Virus record (IMG/VR): IMGVR_UViG_3300013947_000021 | Coordinates: 96,001-160,000 of that record | Source of the DNA: a virus | Lineage: Duplodnaviria; Caudoviricetes | Length of the DNA stretch: 64,000 bases | Direction: 5' to 3' (one strand) | Shown here: positions 62,543 through 64,000 of the stretch, one piece after another | Layout: each line of letters starts with the position of its first letter | How positions within the stretch are numbered: the stretch's first letter is position 1 | Translations under genes and position numbers: made by a program | Notes under the pieces: generated by a model | The model's database searches: none | Told to the model about the DNA's origin: nothing | The model's input: only the letters and a program-made list of their open reading frames with translations

Positions 62543-63691
62543 TTAATATCTATTCTCAACTATATCGGGATAATTAACAAATATACCATAATTTTTATTC
62601 TTATATACGGCTGTATTGGCAAGTTTCTCTCTCATAGCTTTAAATTGTTCGAGAACTTTTATCCACTTCTGCCGCATATCTTCATCTTGTTCTTCCATCG
62701 CATAATCATCAAGAATAGATATATTGTTATTAATAACTCTCATGAGATAAAGAGCATCTGCTTCTTCTTCTACATTCTTAATCTGCATAAGAAGTTCACA
62801 GTATGTACCTTCAATCATCTTGAGATTATTAAGTCTATGTTTTCTCTTCTTTTCTGCAATTCTTTCTTTAATAGTAGATTCAAGAACCATATTATCATCA
62901 ATATGCTTAATTCTCTTAATCATATTCTCATACTCAGTCTGCTCAATTCTAGATGCAGTAAATGCTCTTGCTCTAGCAAGTGTATTAATTGCTCCAACTC
63001 TTCTTATCTTAAGATTTCTATAAATAGAGAGAGCCCATGCAAAAATAGCAAACTTACTTACCTGAGCATTTGCATAAATAGAACCGAAATTTCTATATAT
63101 AGTATCATGAGCCATTCCAAGATCATATGCAAGTCCATATGCATTAAGGAATTCATTAGAATAGAATACATCACTATCTTCTATATAGAAGAAAGAATTA
63201 ACTTTAGAAAGATAATCTCTAAGTCCAAATCCAAGAATATCTTTATAGTGAATAGAATCAGATATCTTTATATTATCTCTATTTGCATAAAGATATGCAT
63301 TAAGTGTATCTCTAGTATTCTCCATAGGAGTAGAATCATTTACAAGTCTAGAAACTTCATAAAGAAGAATAGAAATAATCTTTTCTATATCAAGATTAAG
63401 AATAGGATCAAAAAGCTTAGAATCAAATTCTATCATATAAGTATTTATTCTATAAGGATCATCATCAGAAATGAGATCATAAATACTCGATACATTGACG
63501 ATAGGCATTATTTTAATACCAAAAAACATTCTATCAATATTAGTAGTATAAAGTACCTCTTTACATTCAGAATCAGTAAAGAATTTATTAAGTTCATTCT
63601 TAATAGTTTTAAGATCAGAGGTATTTATATCGAATTTATTTTTCAGCCTACTAATAGCATCAGCTAAATTAGTAAAGTCATATTTAATCAT
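62543..63691 (-). CDS. Conserved jumbo-phage protein (probable virion protein)
   Basis: 382 aa ORF, GGAGG SD, late-like motif AACT-N6-TA. Confidence 0.55.
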   Translation of the reverse strand: MIKYDFTNLADAISRLKNKFDINTSDLKTIKNELNKFFTDSECKEVLYTTNIDRMFFGIKIMPIVNVSSIYDLISDDDPYRINTYMIEFDSKLFDPILNLDIEKIISILLYEVSRLVNDSTPMENTRDTLNAYLYANRDNIKISDSIHYKDILGFGLRDYLSKVNSFFYIEDSDVFYSNEFLNAYGLAYDLGMAHDTIYRNFGSIYANAQVSKFAIFAWALSIYRNLKIRRVGAINTLARARAFTASRIEQTEYENMIKRIKHIDDNMVLESTIKERIAEKKRKHRLNNLKMIEGTYCELLMQIKNVEEEADALYLMRVINNNISILDDYAMEEQDEDMRQKWIKVLEQFKAMREKLANTAVYKNKNYGIFVNYPDIVENRY

Positions 63692-63833
63692 AACTAACCT
63701 CCTGCTAGCAATTATTAATTACATAATAGTTGGCCTATTTTAGCTATATATAAAAAGAATGAAGAGAGCAATTATGCTCTCTTCATCCCTGTTGTTCAAC
63801 AAATTAGAAGTTTTGTAAATAATTAATTTTTAA

Positions 63834-64000
63834 TTAGCCGTTATTCGTGATAAGGTTGAAATCCGACATATGGTTGCCAGTCTCATAATGAGTATCCTTA
63901 TCAAACGGATCGGTGTTGGGAGCAATGTTCTCAAGTCCAGTCGGATGAAGGATCTTAATACGACCCTGAACAGGCTGATACTCATAGAACTTCCAACGCT
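63834..64000 (-). CDS. C-terminal end of a highly expressed gene, possibly major capsid protein (...RWKFYEYQPVQGRIKILHPTG...NNG*)
   Basis: Open frame to TAA at 63834, strong codon bias, terminator downstream; identity tentative. Confidence 0.45.
   Translation of the reverse strand, partial: RWKFYEYQPVQGRIKILHPTGLENIAPNTDPFDKDTHYETGNHMSDFNLITNNG

Noticed and set aside
29830-63667. Long antisense ORFs (29830-30648, 53377-53889, 57286-58413, 59223-59921, 62645-63667)
   Set aside because: Each mirrors a well-supported gene on the other strand and has implausible composition
1-64000. Stop-codon reassignment
   Set aside because: The standard code gives full-length conserved proteins; fragmentation is explained by poly-G frameshifts and introns
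1-64000. CRISPR array, tRNA or rRNA genes
   Set aside because: No regularly spaced repeats or cloverleaf/rRNA signatures seen by eye; tRNAscan-SE would be needed to exclude tRNAs

Overview
AT-rich segment of a large lytic phage genome of the AR9/PBS1/phiKZ-like jumbo type. It carries split multisubunit RNAP beta' genes, a GroEL-like chaperonin, ThyX, a dNMP kinase, RNase H and a probable major capsid C-terminus. The host is probably a Firmicute (Amidase_3+LysM endolysin, XkdX-like genes). Main finding: the tail-fibre region (about 0.7-16.6 kb, minus strand) holds an array of 12 short adhesin/tip-like genes. Each has a real SD+ATG followed 7 or 13-14 codons later by a G7-G11 homopolymer. Only the G9 copy (5453-6403) is in frame. 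Ten others would be restored by a tract length that is a multiple of 3, and one has a second frameshift. This looks like a poly-G phase-variable receptor-binding repertoire, interleaved with three fibre genes sharing a C-terminal module, and the tracts sit inside a covarying RNA double hairpin. Also found: an RNAP beta' gene split by three group I introns (25-nt micro-exon, catalytic DFD|GD interrupted, two near-identical introns, one HNH endonuclease), two recurring promoter motifs, a duplicated structured 5' leader and several paralog arrays. All calls come from reading the sequence by eye; no searches or folding programs were run.
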